Source: an uncultured Flavobacteriales bacterium
Lineage (GTDB): Bacteria; Bacteroidota; Bacteroidia; Flavobacteriales; BACL11
DNA length: 64,000 nt
NCBI GenBank assembly: GCA_905478555.1
Contig: CAJQIZ010000011.1
Span: 6,279-70,278 of the forward strand
Direction: 5' to 3'
Positions within the stretch are counted from its first letter, which is position 1. Each line of letters opens with the position of its first letter. Shown here piece by piece: positions 1 through 8,921 of the stretch. A program made the position numbers and the translations under genes. Under the pieces are notes generated by a model that saw only the letters and a list, made by a program, of their open reading frames with translations, did no database searches and had not been told where the DNA came from.

Positions 1-862
1 CAAGTTTCATTACATTTTTAGCTCCTAATCCTTCAGGGTGTGGAGCTGTAATATGATGAGCGTCTGCTGTTAATCCCGATCCAACAACTTCAGCATATAT
101 TTTAGCTCCTCTTTTTTTAGCGTGTTCATACTCTTCTAAAACAAGAGCTCCTGAACCTTCCCCCATAACAAAACCATCTCTGTTTTTATCAAATGGTCTA
201 GAAGCTGTTTTCGGGTCGTCATTTCTTGTAGAAAGAGCCATCATAGCATTAAATCCTCCAATACCCGTTTCGTATACACAAGCTTCTGATCCTCCCGCAA
301 TAAACAAATCTGCTTTATTCCATTTTATATAGTTAAAAGCATCAATTAAAGCGTTGGTAGAAGAAGCACATGCTGAAACGGTTGTAAAATTTGGTCCTCT
401 GAATTGGTATTTAATTGAAATATGTCCGGCAGGAATATCTGAAATTAATTTTGGTATAAAGAATGGGTTAAATCTAGGTTTTCCGTTTCCTGTTAAAAAA
501 TTTTTTGATTCGTTATAGAAGGTACTCATACCCCCTATGCCAGAACCCCAAACAACACCAGCTCTATCAGAATCAATTTCATCAACAATAAGTCCGGAAT
601 CAGAAAAAGCTTGATTTGCAGCAACCATTGCATACTGACAAAACTTATCCATTTTTCGAGCTTCTTTTCGGTTAATAAAATCAGTTACCTCAAAGTTTTT
701 AACCTCACAAGCAAATCGGGTTTTGAATTCTTCAGCATTAAAGTGGGTGATTGGCGCGGCACCACTCACCCCTTTAATTAATCCTTCCCAATACTCTTGT
801 AAGTTGTTTCCGATTGGAGTTAAAGTTCCAATCCCAGTTACAACAACTCTTCTGCTTTTCAT
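1..862 (-). CDS. fabF: beta-ketoacyl-ACP synthase II, partial (3' end off window)
   Basis: Not in the ORF track because it is truncated by the window edge. My minus-strand translation from the ATG at comp(860-862) reads MKSRRVVVTGIGTLTPIGNNLQEYWEGLIKG. An in-frame TTVSACASS KAS active-site motif lies at comp(359-385). The gene sits directly downstream of acpP. Confidence 0.85.
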   Translation of the reverse strand, partial: MKSRRVVVTGIGTLTPIGNNLQEYWEGLIKGVSGAAPITHFNAEEFKTRFACEVKNFEVTDFINRKEARKMDKFCQYAMVAANQAFSDSGLIVDEIDSDRAGVVWGSGIGGMSTFYNESKNFLTGNGKPRFNPFFIPKLISDIPAGHISIKYQFRGPNFTTVSACASSTNALIDAFNYIKWNKADLFIAGGSEACVYETGIGGFNAMMALSTRNDDPKTASRPFDKNRDGFVMGEGSGALVLEEYEHAKKRGAKIYAEVVGSGLTADAHHITAPHPEGLGAKNVMKL

Positions 863-872
863 TTTTTATGAA

Positions 873-1103
873 TTACACAGATTCGATAAAAGAAATTGCA
901 TCACCAACTGTAGCGATTTTTTCAGCTTTATCATCTGGAATTTGTATGTCAAATTCTTTTTCAAACTCCATAATAAGTTCTACTGTATCTAATGAATCTG
1001 CTCCTAAATCATCTGTAAAGTTTGCTGTTAGTGTTACCTCTGATTCATCAACCCCTAATTTATCAACAATGATTGCTGTTACTTTTGTAGTTACTTCTGA
1101 CAT
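873..1103 (-). CDS. acpP: acyl carrier protein
   Basis: 76 aa with the [16 protein letters not shown] phosphopantetheine-serine motif. Lies upstream of fabF. Confidence 0.95.
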   Translation of the reverse strand: MSEVTTKVTAIIVDKLGVDESEVTLTANFTDDLGADSLDTVELIMEFEKEFDIQIPDDKAEKIATVGDAISFIESV

Positions 1104-1213
1104 TTTAATTTTTTTTATTAATTAATAATATGCAAATAAATACATAAATTAGATATCTCACAAGTTTTCTATTTTTCTATTTTAACATTTGTGTGTTTAT
1201 TAGTTTTAATCTC

Positions 1214-1221
1214 TATTTTTG
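1214..1221 (+). promoter_or_regulatory. Bacteroidota -7 box TATTTTTG, 4 nt upstream of the purN ATG
   Basis: Exact match to TAnnTTTG. A TTTG at 1188-1191 could serve as the -33 element with a 22-nt spacer. Confidence 0.4.
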
Positions 1222-1225
1222 CAAG

Positions 1226-1792
1226 ATGAAAACAATTGCAATTTTCGGTTCTGGAAACGGTACTAACGCACAAAATATTTGTAATCACTTTAAATATTCT
1301 AAAGAGATTAAGGTGGTTTTATTATGTACTAATAAAAAAACTTCTACTATTGTTTCTAGGTTAAAAAAATATTCTGTACCATCATTTGTTTTTTCTAAGC
1401 AAGAGTTGAATAATAGTAATTTAGTTATTGAAAAACTAAAAACATTTAAGGTAGATTATATAATATTAGCTGGTTTTTTGCTAAAAATCCCTAAATCAGT
1501 TATTGATTTATTTGAAAATAAGATTATTAATATTCACCCTTCTTTATTGCCAAAATACGGAGGAAAGGGTATGTATGGAGAAAATGTGCATAGAAATGTA
1601 ATTGCAAATAAGGAGAAAGAGTCTGGAGTAAGTGTACATTTTGTAAATAATAACTATGATGAGGGGGTTATTATTCAACAAGAAAAATGTTTGTTATGTG
1701 AAGATGAAACAGTAAGTAGTTTAACTGAAAAAATACAATTTTTGGAACATAAATATTTTCCCTCAATAATTGAAAAAATAATTACGAAATGA
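1226..1792 (+). CDS. purN: phosphoribosylglycinamide formyltransferase
   Basis: MKTIAIFGSGNGTNAQ N-terminus, then INIHPSLLPKYGGKGMYG, typical of PurN. Start moved to the in-frame ATG at 1226 because the -7 box lies inside the longer track ORF (1193). Confidence 0.85.
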   Translation: MKTIAIFGSGNGTNAQNICNHFKYSKEIKVVLLCTNKKTSTIVSRLKKYSVPSFVFSKQELNNSNLVIEKLKTFKVDYIILAGFLLKIPKSVIDLFENKIINIHPSLLPKYGGKGMYGENVHRNVIANKEKESGVSVHFVNNNYDEGVIIQQEKCLLCEDETVSSLTEKIQFLEHKYFPSIIEKIITK

Positions 1793-1895
1793 TTGTCTAT
1801 ATAAATGAGGATTTAACCGCTTCTATGATATTATTTGGTATAATTTTATTAACTATAAAGTTGTTTGGTTTTAACATGAAAATATTATTTAATTA

Positions 1896-2372
1896 GTGAG
1901 TGTAATAATTTATACAGACGGTGCTGCTAAGGGTAATCCTGGAAATGGGGGATATGGAGTAGTAATGATTTTCGGATCACATAGAAAGGAAATTTCAGAG
2001 GGCTTTGTTTTAACAACAAACAACAGAATGGAGTTACTTAGTGTTATTGTTTCTTTAGAAAACTTAAAAAAGGAAAAAACATCTGCAATCATTTATTCTG
2101 ACTCAAAATATGTAGTTGATTCTGTAGAGAAAAAATGGCTTTTTGGATGGGAAAAGAAAAACTTTGCTAAGAAAAAAAATTCTGATTTATGGATTCGGTT
2201 TCTAAAAATATATAGAAAACATAATGTGAAGTTTATTTGGATAAAGGGTCACGCTAATATTAAGGAAAACGAAAGATGTGATCAGTTAGCGGTTGATGCA
2301 GCTGAAAGTGGTAATTTAATTAAAGATGTGTGGTATGAAAATAATGTATCTAATAAGAATGAACTTTTTTAA
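1896..2372 (+). CDS. rnhA: ribonuclease HI
   Basis: IYTDGAAKGNPGNGGYG, YSDSKYV and KGHANIKENERCDQLA motifs of RNase H type 1. GTG start as given in the track. Confidence 0.85.
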   Translation: MSVIIYTDGAAKGNPGNGGYGVVMIFGSHRKEISEGFVLTTNNRMELLSVIVSLENLKKEKTSAIIYSDSKYVVDSVEKKWLFGWEKKNFAKKKNSDLWIRFLKIYRKHNVKFIWIKGHANIKENERCDQLAVDAAESGNLIKDVWYENNVSNKNELF

Positions 2373-2373
2373 A

Positions 2374-3297
2374 TTACACTAAAGATATATCGAACTGAAC
2401 TAAATCAATAAATTGTTGTAATCTACTATCTACATCATTTTGAGTAAGTTCCTCTAATCTTTTGGTTCCAAATTTTTCTACACAAAAAGAAGCCATTGCT
2501 GATCCATAAATAACCGCTCTTTTCATATTTTCAAATGATAAATCATCTGTTTTTTCTAAATAACCTATAAAACCTCCCGCAAAAGAATCTCCAGCTCCTG
2601 TTGGGTCAAATACATCTTCTAAAGGTAAGGCGGGTGCAAAAAACACCTCTGTATTGTTAAACAATAAAGCTCCGTGTTCTCCTTTTTTAATTATTAGGTA
2701 TTTAGGTCCCATTGCTAAAATAACTTTTGATGCTTTTACTAACGAATATTCTCCTGAAAGTTGACGAGCTTCCTCATCATTTATTGTTAAAACATCTACT
2801 TCTTTTAATGATTCTAATAAATCATCTAAAAATAAATCCATCCAAAAATTCATAGTATCTAAAACTACTAATTTTGGTCTTTTACTCATTTGGTCTAAAA
2901 CTGTTTTTTGTACAGAAGGCATTAAATTACCTAACATTAAAAAATCAGATGTTTTATATTCTTCAGGTACAACAGGGTCAAAGTTTTCTAAAACATTAAG
3001 TTGTGTGTCAATAGTATCCCTAGTATTCATATCATTATGATATTTTCCTGACCAGAAAAATGTTTTCTCTCCTTCTTTAATTTGAAGTCCTTTAGTACAA
3101 ATATTTTTGTTTTGCAACATTTTTATTGCTGTTTGAGGAAAGTCCTCACCAACAACTGAAACTAAATTAAGGTTTTTTGTGAAAAAAGACGAAGATAAAC
3201 CAATGTAAGTTGCCGCTCCACCAACTATTTTATCTGTCTTACCAAAAGGGGTTTCTATAGCATCAAAAGCTACGGTTCCTACTATTAAAATACTCAT
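2374..3297 (-). CDS. PfkB-family carbohydrate kinase
   Basis: 307 aa. C-terminal DPTGAGDSFAGGF ribokinase/PfkB signature and an N-terminal GGAATY-type motif. Confidence 0.75.
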   Translation of the reverse strand: MSILIVGTVAFDAIETPFGKTDKIVGGAATYIGLSSSFFTKNLNLVSVVGEDFPQTAIKMLQNKNICTKGLQIKEGEKTFFWSGKYHNDMNTRDTIDTQLNVLENFDPVVPEEYKTSDFLMLGNLMPSVQKTVLDQMSKRPKLVVLDTMNFWMDLFLDDLLESLKEVDVLTINDEEARQLSGEYSLVKASKVILAMGPKYLIIKKGEHGALLFNNTEVFFAPALPLEDVFDPTGAGDSFAGGFIGYLEKTDDLSFENMKRAVIYGSAMASFCVEKFGTKRLEELTQNDVDSRLQQFIDLVQFDISLV

Positions 3298-3311
3298 ATT
3301 TATTTTTTTTA

Positions 3312-3319
3312 CAAATGTA
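3312..3319 (-). promoter_or_regulatory. -7 box TACATTTG (minus strand), 14 nt upstream of the PfkB kinase ATG
   Basis: Reverse complement of caaatgta matches TAnnTTTG. Confidence 0.35.
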
Positions 3320-3370
3320 TTGTTTAATTAAATAAAAGGTCCTAATATTGCGAACAAATTAAGAATAAAT

Positions 3371-3444
3371 TCCTCCTTAGCTCAGCTGGTTAGAGCATCT
3401 GACTGTTAATCAGAGGGTCCTAGGTTCGAGTCCTAGAGGGGGAG
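3371..3444 (+). tRNA. tRNA-Asn (anticodon GTT)
   Basis: Hand-folded cloverleaf of 74 nt. Acceptor TCCTCCT/AGGGGGA, anticodon stem TCTGA/TCAGA with loop CTGTTAA, T-arm CTAGG-TTCGAGT-CCTAG. Confidence 0.9.
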
Positions 3445-3448
3445 CTTT

Positions 3449-3479
3449 TAAAAGCCGGTATTATTACCGGTTTTTTTTT
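3449..3479 (+). terminator. rho-independent terminator after tRNA-Asn
   Basis: Stem CCGGTA (3455-3460), loop TTAT, stem TACCGG (3465-3470), followed by T9. Confidence 0.6.
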
Positions 3480-3584
3480 AATAAATTTACTTAATTACAG
3501 TTATCCTTTTTGTTTCTGATAATTTTTCATAATAAAAATAGTTCATATTATTAATTACTGTTTTGTAAGTTTTTGCTACAACTA

Positions 3585-3815
3585 TTAATACATTTTTCTT
3601 TTAAATAATTTATTTTGAGATTTCTTTCTTCTTTTTTTGTTATTTATTCTTTTACCATCTTTTAAAATAACAATTTTATATATAGATTTTTTATTTTCTA
3701 TTTTTGTATTAGGTTTTTCTATGTCAAATGAAGGACAAGAAATCTTTTTTTTACTTCTACAAGAAGTTATTAAAATTGTGGATAACAATAAAATGAAAAT
3801 GTGTTTTTTATACAT
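3585..3815 (-). CDS. hypothetical small lipoprotein
   Basis: 76 aa. N-terminus MYKKHIFILLLSTILITSC looks like a lipoprotein signal with a lipobox Cys. The rest is a K-rich, low-information sequence in AT-rich DNA, so it may be spurious. Confidence 0.3.
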   Translation of the reverse strand: MYKKHIFILLLSTILITSCRSKKKISCPSFDIEKPNTKIENKKSIYKIVILKDGKRINNKKRRKKSQNKLFKRKMY

Positions 3816-3859
3816 TATAGATGTAAAAGTAATTTACTTTAGCAATATTATTTAAAATA

Positions 3860-5992
3860 ATGAATAAAAAAAAGAAAAACATAAAAAATAAAGGATTCAA
3901 TAAAAAAGAATTAGAAAATTTAGTTATTTCTATATTTAAAGAAAATCCTTCAAAAATATTTAATTACAAACAACTTTCTAAAATATTAAAAATAAAAGAA
4001 TTGGGTATAAAAATTCTTTTAAATGATGTAATGTTATCTTTATCAAAAACTGGCATTTTAAAAGAAGAAAGAAGAGGGAATTTTAAACTAATACAATCAA
4101 TAAAAAAAGTAATTGGTATAGTAAATACATCTATAAAATCTGGCGTATATATTGATGTGGAAGAGATGGAAGAAGAAGTATTTGTACCTAAAGAATTTTC
4201 TATTTTCTCATTAAAACACGATAAAGTTGAATTGGTTATTTTTAATAAAAAAAATGGTAAATTTCAAGGGGAAGTAGTTAAAATTATTGAAAGAAAACAA
4301 AATACTTTTGTTGGTTTATTACAAGAAACAAAAGGATTTGGTTTTTTAATTCCTAATGGAAATATACCTTTTGATATTTTTATTCCTAACTCGGAAATTA
4401 ACCCGTTGGTAGTGGATAAAATTGTTTTAGTAAAAGTAGTTAGTTGGAATGATTCTAAAAAAAATCCTGTAGGTAAAATAATTAAAGTTATTGGTAATCC
4501 TAAAGAACATAATACCGAAATTCATTCTATTTTATACCAATATAATTTAGATCCTATTTTTCCTAAACATGTAGAAAAGGAAGCGGATAAAATATCTTTA
4601 AAAATACCAAATTCAGAAATAAAAAATAGAATTGACTTCCGGAAAACAACTACTTTTACTATTGACCCAGTTGATGCAAAAGATTATGATGATGCACTTT
4701 CGGTTAAAAAATTAAAAAATGGAAATTGGGAAGTAGGAATACATATTGCTGATGTAAGTTTTTATGTAAAAGAAAATGATATAATTGATATAGAAGCTGC
4801 TGAAAGATCTACTTCTGTTTATCTGGTAGATAGAGTAGTTCCAATGTTACCAGAAATTTTATCTAATGATATTTGTTCTTTAAAATCAAATGTAGATAGA
4901 TTATGTTATTCTGTAATTTTAGAAATAAATAAAAAAGCAGAAATTATTTCTCATAATATAAAAAAGACAATTATTCATTCTGATAAAAGATTTACATATC
5001 AAGATGCTCAAGATATAATTGATGATAAAAAAGGATTATTTTCAGAAGAATTACTAATACTGGATAAACTTTCAAAAATATTAAGAGAAAAAAGATTTTC
5101 TTCAGGATCAATAAATTTTGACAGACAAGAAGTTAAATTTATTTTAGATAAAGATAAAAACCCAATAGATGTATTTTTTAAAGAAAGTATAAATACAAAT
5201 CATATGATTGAAGAATTTATGTTGATGGCAAATAAAATTGTTGCTAAAGAAATTGGTTTTTCAGAAAAAGGAGAATTAGAAAAAACTTTTATATACCGTG
5301 TGCATGATAAACCAGATGAAGATAAAATAAACTCTTTAAGTAATATTATTAAAAAGTTTGGATATTCTATAAATAACAGTTCAATAAAAAATCTTTCTAA
5401 CTCTTTAAATTCATTACTTAAAAGTGTAAAAGGAAAAGCTGAAAGTAATATGATTGAAACTTTAACAATAAGAAGTATGAGTAAAGCAATTTATACAACT
5501 GATAATATAGGACATTATGGATTAAATTTTAAATATTACTCTCATTTCACATCTCCAATTAGAAGGTATCCTGATTTAATTGTACACCGACTATTAGAAA
5601 ATTATTTAAATGGTGGTAAATCGGTTAAAAAAGGTAAAATAGAGGATATATGTAAATATACTTCAAACAAAGAAAAGGATGCATCAATGGCAGAGAGAGA
5701 TTCTATAAAATACATGCAATCTAAATTTTTAAAAGATAAAATAGGAGAAGTATTTAGTGGAGTAATATCGGGAGTAACAGAATGGGGTATTTATATAGAA
5801 TTAGAAAAAAATAAATGTGAAGGATTAGTTAGGATATCATCTATTAAAGGAGATTTTTATGTATTTGATAAAAATACCTATTCTGTTATTGGTAAATCTT
5901 ATAAAAAGAAATATCAATTAGGAGATACTGTAAATATTAAAATAAAAAATACAGACTTGGATAAAAAACAAATTGACTTTATTTTGGTTTAA
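3860..5992 (+). CDS. rnr: ribonuclease R
   Basis: 710 aa. RNB catalytic core (TIDPVDAKDYDDAL, HIADVS, MLP, HYGL, YSHFTSPIRRYPDL) plus a C-terminal S1 domain. Confidence 0.9.
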   Translation: MNKKKKNIKNKGFNKKELENLVISIFKENPSKIFNYKQLSKILKIKELGIKILLNDVMLSLSKTGILKEERRGNFKLIQSIKKVIGIVNTSIKSGVYIDVEEMEEEVFVPKEFSIFSLKHDKVELVIFNKKNGKFQGEVVKIIERKQNTFVGLLQETKGFGFLIPNGNIPFDIFIPNSEINPLVVDKIVLVKVVSWNDSKKNPVGKIIKVIGNPKEHNTEIHSILYQYNLDPIFPKHVEKEADKISLKIPNSEIKNRIDFRKTTTFTIDPVDAKDYDDALSVKKLKNGNWEVGIHIADVSFYVKENDIIDIEAAERSTSVYLVDRVVPMLPEILSNDICSLKSNVDRLCYSVILEINKKAEIISHNIKKTIIHSDKRFTYQDAQDIIDDKKGLFSEELLILDKLSKILREKRFSSGSINFDRQEVKFILDKDKNPIDVFFKESINTNHMIEEFMLMANKIVAKEIGFSEKGELEKTFIYRVHDKPDEDKINSLSNIIKKFGYSINNSSIKNLSNSLNSLLKSVKGKAESNMIETLTIRSMSKAIYTTDNIGHYGLNFKYYSHFTSPIRRYPDLIVHRLLENYLNGGKSVKKGKIEDICKYTSNKEKDASMAERDSIKYMQSKFLKDKIGEVFSGVISGVTEWGIYIELEKNKCEGLVRISSIKGDFYVFDKNTYSVIGKSYKKKYQLGDTVNIKIKNTDLDKKQIDFILV

Positions 5993-6431
5993 GTTTTACT
6001 AACAGTATATATATTATTTTTAGGTTTTTAAAAAGTTTAAATAAAGATAATAAGTATAATAAGGTCTGTTAGTACGGTTGATATTTTTTTTAAGTTAAGT
6101 TAGGATTTATGTGTTTTTAAAAATTATTAACTTTTTGAAATTAAAATGTTAATTGATATTATTTGAAATATAGTTAGTTATAGTTTTACTAACAAAAAAG
6201 ATATAATTGTTAATATTAAAATTTAGTAGTAAAACTTAATAAATAAAATTAAAAATAGGGATAAAAATTGTTAGTAAAAGGTTAAAAAGTAAAGTGTAAA
6301 AAACAATAACATTTATTGATAATTATACATTGAAATTTGCTTGAGAAATTAATATTTAAAACAATAATAAAGTTATTTATTTTATTTAAAAAGTTTTAAA
6401 CAAAAAATAAAATAAAACATTAATAACTTAC

Positions 6432-6439
6432 TATTTTTG
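6432..6439 (+). promoter_or_regulatory. -7 box TATTTTTG, 46 nt upstream of rpiB
   Basis: Exact TAnnTTTG match at the 3' end of the long AT-rich intergenic region. Confidence 0.35.
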
Positions 6440-6485
6440 TACAGGAGAACGATAATAGATATGAATACTAAAATAATTTAAAATT

Positions 6486-6917
6486 ATGAAAATAGGAGTT
6501 GCTTGTGATCATGCTGGATTTAAATATAAAGAAAAAGTAAAAATACTTTTAGAAAGTAAAAATATTAAAGTTATTGATTATGGATGTTATTCAGAAAAGA
6601 GTGTAGATTACCCAGATTTTGCACATAAATTAGCTGAAAGTATAGAAAATAAAGAAAACGAATTAGGTATACAATTTTGTGGAACAGGTAACGGAATAAA
6701 TATGAGTGCAAATAAACACCAAGGAATTCGGGCGGCACTTTGTTGGAACCCTTATATTGCAGAACAATCCCGTTTACATAATAACGCTAACGTATTAACT
6801 ATGGCGGCCAGACATTTAAAATGGGGAGAAGTAGAAAAAATTGTAGAGACCTTCTTAAATACAGAATTTGAAGGTGGAAGACACGAAATTAGAGTAAATA
6901 AAATTAAAATAAATTAA
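6486..6917 (+). CDS. rpiB: ribose 5-phosphate isomerase B
   Basis: 143 aa. MKIGVACDHAGFKYKE and CGTGNGINMSANKHQGIRAALC are typical of the RpiB/LacAB family. Confidence 0.9.
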   Translation: MKIGVACDHAGFKYKEKVKILLESKNIKVIDYGCYSEKSVDYPDFAHKLAESIENKENELGIQFCGTGNGINMSANKHQGIRAALCWNPYIAEQSRLHNNANVLTMAARHLKWGEVEKIVETFLNTEFEGGRHEIRVNKIKIN

Positions 6918-6928
6918 AACTTATAATT

Positions 6929-7960
6929 ATGAATAAACTCCTATTACTAATTTTATTTCTACCATCAGTTTTATTTTCTCAAGAAAATATTAAGTTTTCC
7001 GAAACGATAACAACTGAAGATTTAGAAAAACACCTAACGATACTTGCTTCCGATTCTTTAGAAGGTAGAGAAACAGGTAAAAAAGGACAAAAAATGGCTG
7101 CTGATTATATAATGAACCATTTTAAATCAATTGGAGTACCTCCGTATCAAAAGAATACTTATTACCAAAAATTCAGAGTAAAAAACGGTAGACACATGTG
7201 TAAGTGTGACGATTGTGACACAGATTTCTTAAAGAAAATGTTGGGAAAAAACAAATATATAAAAGGAGAAAATGTACTTGCTTTTATTGAAGGAACAGAT
7301 TTAAAAGAGGAGTTAATTATTATTACCGCTCATTATGACCACTTGGGGATACATGAGGATAAAATATTTAATGGAGCGGATGATGACGGTAGTGGTACGG
7401 TTGCCGCTATGGAAATTGCGGAAGCGTTTATGTTAGCTAAAAAAGATGGAAACGGACCAAGAAGAAGTATTTTAGTGATGTGTGTCTCTGGGGAAGAAAA
7501 AGGTTTATTAGGAAGTAAATATTATACCGAAAAACCTATTTATTCTTTAGATAAAACGGTAGCAAATTTAAATATTGATATGATTGGAAGGTTGGATGAT
7601 TGGCATGAAAATGGAGATTATGTATATTTAATTGGTGCGGATATGTTGAGCCAGGAATTACATGATATTAGTGAACAGGTAAATGAAGAGTTTATAGGAT
7701 TGGATTTAGACTATACTTTTAATGCAGAGGATGATCCAAATAGATATTATTACCGTTCGGATCATTATAATTTTGCTAAGAATAACATACCTGTAATTTT
7801 TTATTTTAATGGAGTGCATGAAGATTACCATAAAACAACAGATACGATAGATAAAATTGATTTTGAAAAAGTAAAAAAAATAGCTCGTTTGGTATTTTTA
7901 ACCGCTTGGGAACTTGCTAATAGAGATGAAAGAATTCTATTAAATGAGGTAGAGGATTAA
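6929..7960 (+). CDS. M28-family zinc aminopeptidase, secreted
   Basis: Signal peptide, then HYDHLG, DDDGSGT, SGEEKGLLGS and DMIGR metal-ligand motifs. Confidence 0.8.
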   Translation: MNKLLLLILFLPSVLFSQENIKFSETITTEDLEKHLTILASDSLEGRETGKKGQKMAADYIMNHFKSIGVPPYQKNTYYQKFRVKNGRHMCKCDDCDTDFLKKMLGKNKYIKGENVLAFIEGTDLKEELIIITAHYDHLGIHEDKIFNGADDDGSGTVAAMEIAEAFMLAKKDGNGPRRSILVMCVSGEEKGLLGSKYYTEKPIYSLDKTVANLNIDMIGRLDDWHENGDYVYLIGADMLSQELHDISEQVNEEFIGLDLDYTFNAEDDPNRYYYRSDHYNFAKNNIPVIFYFNGVHEDYHKTTDTIDKIDFEKVKKIARLVFLTAWELANRDERILLNEVED

Positions 7961-8173
7961 TATAATTAAGAGAAAACATTCAATTATAAACCAACAACAG
8001 AAAAACCAAAGTTTTTAAAATAATTAATTTTTTTTAATTATTTAGGGGTTTTAGTTTCTAAATTATTTATTTTAACATTTTCTTTTTGTTTATTAAAATC
8101 CTTATATTTTTTAATAGAAGAGAATGTTTTGTTAATTAATCCTCCAAAAAACTAGGGTTTAAACAGAAAAAAA

Positions 8174-8842
8174 TTACAACTTTCTAATAATAGCTGATCC
8201 CCACGTATCAGGAATTAATATTGGTTTTTCTATTTTATCTTTTAAAAACTCATCTAATGCTCTGGAACAAGCAAATTCTGATTCACTACTACTATAGTCG
8301 TGAATAAAAATAAACCCTCCCTTTTCAACTAATGGGTAAAAATATTCTAAACCAGATACAGTAGGGTCGTATTTATCAAAATCGAGTATTACAAGAGAAA
8401 AAGATTCTTCTTTCATTCCTTTTGTTGTTTCAGGAAAAAACCCCTGCTTAACAATTAACTTTTCTTTATTTCCTCCAATATAATTCAACACAACATCTAC
8501 ATTTGTATTGTTAAATCTCCCATCTTTTTCTTGTCCTAAATCTCTACTATCAAAACCTTCAAAAGTATCAAATAGAAAATATTTTCTTTCAGGAAGTTGA
8601 GAGTGAACAAACTTACTTAAAGCTCCTTTCCAAACACCACATTCAGCAATCTGTCCAGAAATATTTTCTTTTTTAATTTGTTCCATAGCTAATAATAAGC
8701 TTCCATACCTGACAGGATCTGATTTTGATAAGATAGTTTTTCTTTGAGTCTTACTAAAGTGAGGAACAACAAACCAATATGAAGCAAGAAATTCCTTGTT
8801 AAAAGAAAGAATATGATAAATGAGTCTTTTAATTTTTTTCAT
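8174..8842 (-). CDS. TylF/MycF-like SAM-dependent O-methyltransferase
   Basis: 222 aa. ECGVWKG, DTFEGF, and LDFDKYDPT...GGFIFIHDY resemble the macrocin-O-methyltransferase (TylF) fold family. Confidence 0.65.
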   Translation of the reverse strand: MKKIKRLIYHILSFNKEFLASYWFVVPHFSKTQRKTILSKSDPVRYGSLLLAMEQIKKENISGQIAECGVWKGALSKFVHSQLPERKYFLFDTFEGFDSRDLGQEKDGRFNNTNVDVVLNYIGGNKEKLIVKQGFFPETTKGMKEESFSLVILDFDKYDPTVSGLEYFYPLVEKGGFIFIHDYSSSESEFACSRALDEFLKDKIEKPILIPDTWGSAIIRKL

Positions 8843-8856
8843 AATTTAAATTTTCC

Positions 8857-8864
8857 CAAAACTA
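8857..8864 (-). promoter_or_regulatory. -7 box TAGTTTTG (minus strand), 14 nt upstream of the methyltransferase ATG
   Basis: Reverse complement of caaaacta matches TAnnTTTG. Lies immediately after the ALDH terminator. Confidence 0.35.
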
Positions 8865-8900
8865 CAAAAAAAATACCCTCTCAAAATTGAGAAGGTATTT
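8864..8900 (-). terminator. rho-independent terminator downstream of the ALDH gene
   Basis: 10-bp stem of ATACCCTCTC (8873-8882) against GAGAAGGTAT (8889-8898, one mismatch). On the minus strand the hairpin is followed by a T-run (A-run 8866-8873 on the plus strand). Confidence 0.55.
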
Positions 8901-8921
8901 AAATATTATATGTTTAACTAA

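Noticed and set aside
723-1125. Plus-strand ORFs of 89 and 103 aa over fabF and acpP
   Set aside because: The opposite strand encodes unmistakable FabF and ACP sequences, so these are frame shadows.
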